From: Phaeosaccion multiseriatum
Lineage: Eukaryota > Protista > Ochrophyta, other classes
Reading direction: 5' to 3'
Assembly: GCA_965112735.1 (NCBI GenBank)
Contig: OZ218951.1
Coordinates: 5,146,001-5,210,000 of the forward strand
Length of the DNA stretch: 64,000 nt
Shown: positions 62,026-64,000 of the stretch, piece by piece
Layout: every line of letters starts with the position of its first letter
Position numbering within the stretch: position 1 is the stretch's first letter
Program-made: the position numbers and the translations under genes
The notes under the pieces: model-generated
Seen by the model: only the letters and a program-made list of their open reading frames with translations
The model's database searches: none
Told to the model about the DNA's origin: nothing

Positions 62026-64000
62026 ATGGAGGTGGCTGTGGCGAGGCCCGAAGGCAGCGAGGAGGGAGCGGACAGCCCTGGGGTCTGCTCCATCTGCTTG
62101 GACGTTCCTGAAGACCAGGGAGTCATCGGCTGTGTAAGTTTCTTCCTACACACCTGCCCTTCCTTTTCTCCGCCTGTTTGCTTCTTCTTTCCCCGGGAAA
62201 GACCTACTGCCTTATACCGCGCACTCACGTAGTGACGTAGTGCCCCTGCCTTTTCTGGCCTGTGCTCCTTTGCCTGGGCCCTTCTTCGCACCATTTTTCT
62301 TCTCCCGACTGCCCGGGAGCATGCGCAGCGTAACGACCCGCTACTGCCGCTGTAACCCGAGATGCTCCCCCGCTGCAGCTGACCGCTTGTCTCCCCCATC
62401 CAAACCCTCGCTCTTGTGCATCCACCCGCTCCTCTCCCTGCTGCTGTCTCTGTCACTTGCCTCCTTTCTCATTCTCCACCACCTTTCATTTGTGACCCGC
62501 CCACAAACACACACACACACGCACACACACACAACAGGGCCACATCTTCTGCTTCGACTGCATTCACAAATGGTCTCAGACGGAGAACACGTGCCCTCTC
62601 TGCAAGACGCGCTTCACCTCCATCGAGGAATACAGCGCCGTTGTATCCGTGCCTCCTTCATCCGCAGGAGGTGGAGCAGCAGGGGCGGGAGGAAGCGAAC
62701 GCACTCGCCCTCTTCGTGGAATGGGCATGGGAGGAGGCGGGACAGCAACAGCAGTAGCAACAGGAGCAGTTGGTGATGCGGCAGGCGGAGGGGGCGGCAG
62801 CAGTGGTAGCAGCCCCAGGACGAGATCTTCGAAGCGCAAGGCACCCTCAGGAGTCTTGGGAGGAGGGGAAGGAGGAGGAGCTGAAGCAGGAGGAGCAGGA
62901 GCAAGGAGGGGCGGGGGAGGAGGAGGAGGAAGGGGAGGCGGCAGAGGGAGGAAGAAGGCTCGCACCGTCAAAGTGAGCGACCGCGACCAGGCCAGTAATA
63001 TGGGCATGGGGCCTGGGGGAATGTTTGCGATGGGGCAGGGCATGGAGCGCCTGGCGGTGCTGGGGTTGGGACACATCCTCATGCCGGGCCTCGCCCCCTT
63101 CTTCCAGCGAGCAGTAGGTGCAGCGGCAGCGGCAGTAGGAAGGGCCGAGGGGGCGCCTGGAGCAGAAGGAGGAGCAGCGGCGGCGGCAGGAGCAGGAGGA
63201 GGAGGAGGAGGAGGAGGAGCAGGAGGAGGAGGAGGAGGAGGAGGTGTCCCGCGTGTGTACTTCCACGAGGTTGGCGTGGGGCCGCGGACAATGGCGGAGC
63301 TTCGTGAGCTCGTGCAGCAGCATCGCACACCCCCCCAGCCAAGGGCCGGCATAAGCGGCAGAACTGTGGGCAGGGGCAGACCTCTATCTGGGGTCAGGCG
63401 CCGCTCCGGGGCTGCTCTGCGTGCCGGCACTGGCTCTCCTCAACTCCCCGGGGCGGAGATGCGGCGCGATGCTGCTCGTGCTGCTACTGGCGGGGGTGCT
63501 GCTGCCGGCGGTGCTGCGGATGGATTTGACTTGGCAACGGGTGATTTTGCGGCTCTTTTTTCTGCGGCTGCAGCTGCGGCGACTGCTGCTCGACGAAACG
63601 GCCCTGAGGCTGGCTCTGCTGCTGCTCGACGAAACGGCCCTGAGGCTGAGGCTGGCTCTGCTGCTGCTCCTGCTGGGGCTGCTGCTGGTGCCGCCCCCCC
63701 GGCCGCGGTTCCCGGCTTCATTTTTGCCCAAGGAGAAGGAGCCGGAGGGGGTGCAGCAGGAGGAGGGGGGGCGCTCATAAATGAGATTGGGCAGCTGCTG
63801 GCCACCCATTTGCGCGGGGGGAGCAACTTGGCCGGATCGGATCCGTTGGGTTTTTTTTGGAACCACTTTGACCACTTTGGCGCAGCGCAGGTATTTATAC
63901 TATGGGGTGGTTAATCACTGATTAGTGGGTATAGACACAGACGTTGGATACTCACTCTGCTTTGTTGTGCTTTTGTGTGTGATTGATTCCTCGATGCTAG
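62026..64000 (+). CDS. N-terminal RING-HC (C3HC4) protein, probable E3 ligase; probably continues beyond the window
   Basis: Exon1 62026-62133 (CSICLD...GVIGC), intron to 62537, exon2 GHIFCFDCIHKWSQTENTCPLCKTRF followed by G/A-rich disorder; likely donor gtattt at 63891. Confidence 0.85.

Overview
Eukaryotic nuclear DNA from an intron-rich, microsatellite-saturated genome. It is most likely an alga with a complex red plastid (CSP41b carries a signal peptide plus an ASAFAP-like 'AAA-FSM' motif) and a flagellate stage (PGPGxY/SHIPPO-repeat gene). Reconstructed genes: intronless PPR-SMR, GCDH, RagC/D, a large RRM protein, two ankyrin-repeat paralogs, RPN10, RPL14, an ODF3/STPG-like protein, a secreted six-module cysteine-rich protein, an FNIP-type LRR protein, CSP41b, a PP2C and a RING-HC protein that runs off the window. 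Most genes sit in tight head-to-head pairs. Mobile DNA: an 889-bp Tc1/mariner-type MITE (34-bp TIRs, TA TSD) and a decayed RLE-type (CRE-like) non-LTR retrotransposon 3' end, each just upstream of an ankyrin paralog. The most unexpected signal is a 10-bp word, TTGGTGATAC, with at least 11 exact copies on both strands, in introns and in exons in different reading frames, usually embedded in CAG/GAG/GGGCA repeats. Exon coordinates were derived by eye from GT-AG sites and protein motifs; no database searches were run.
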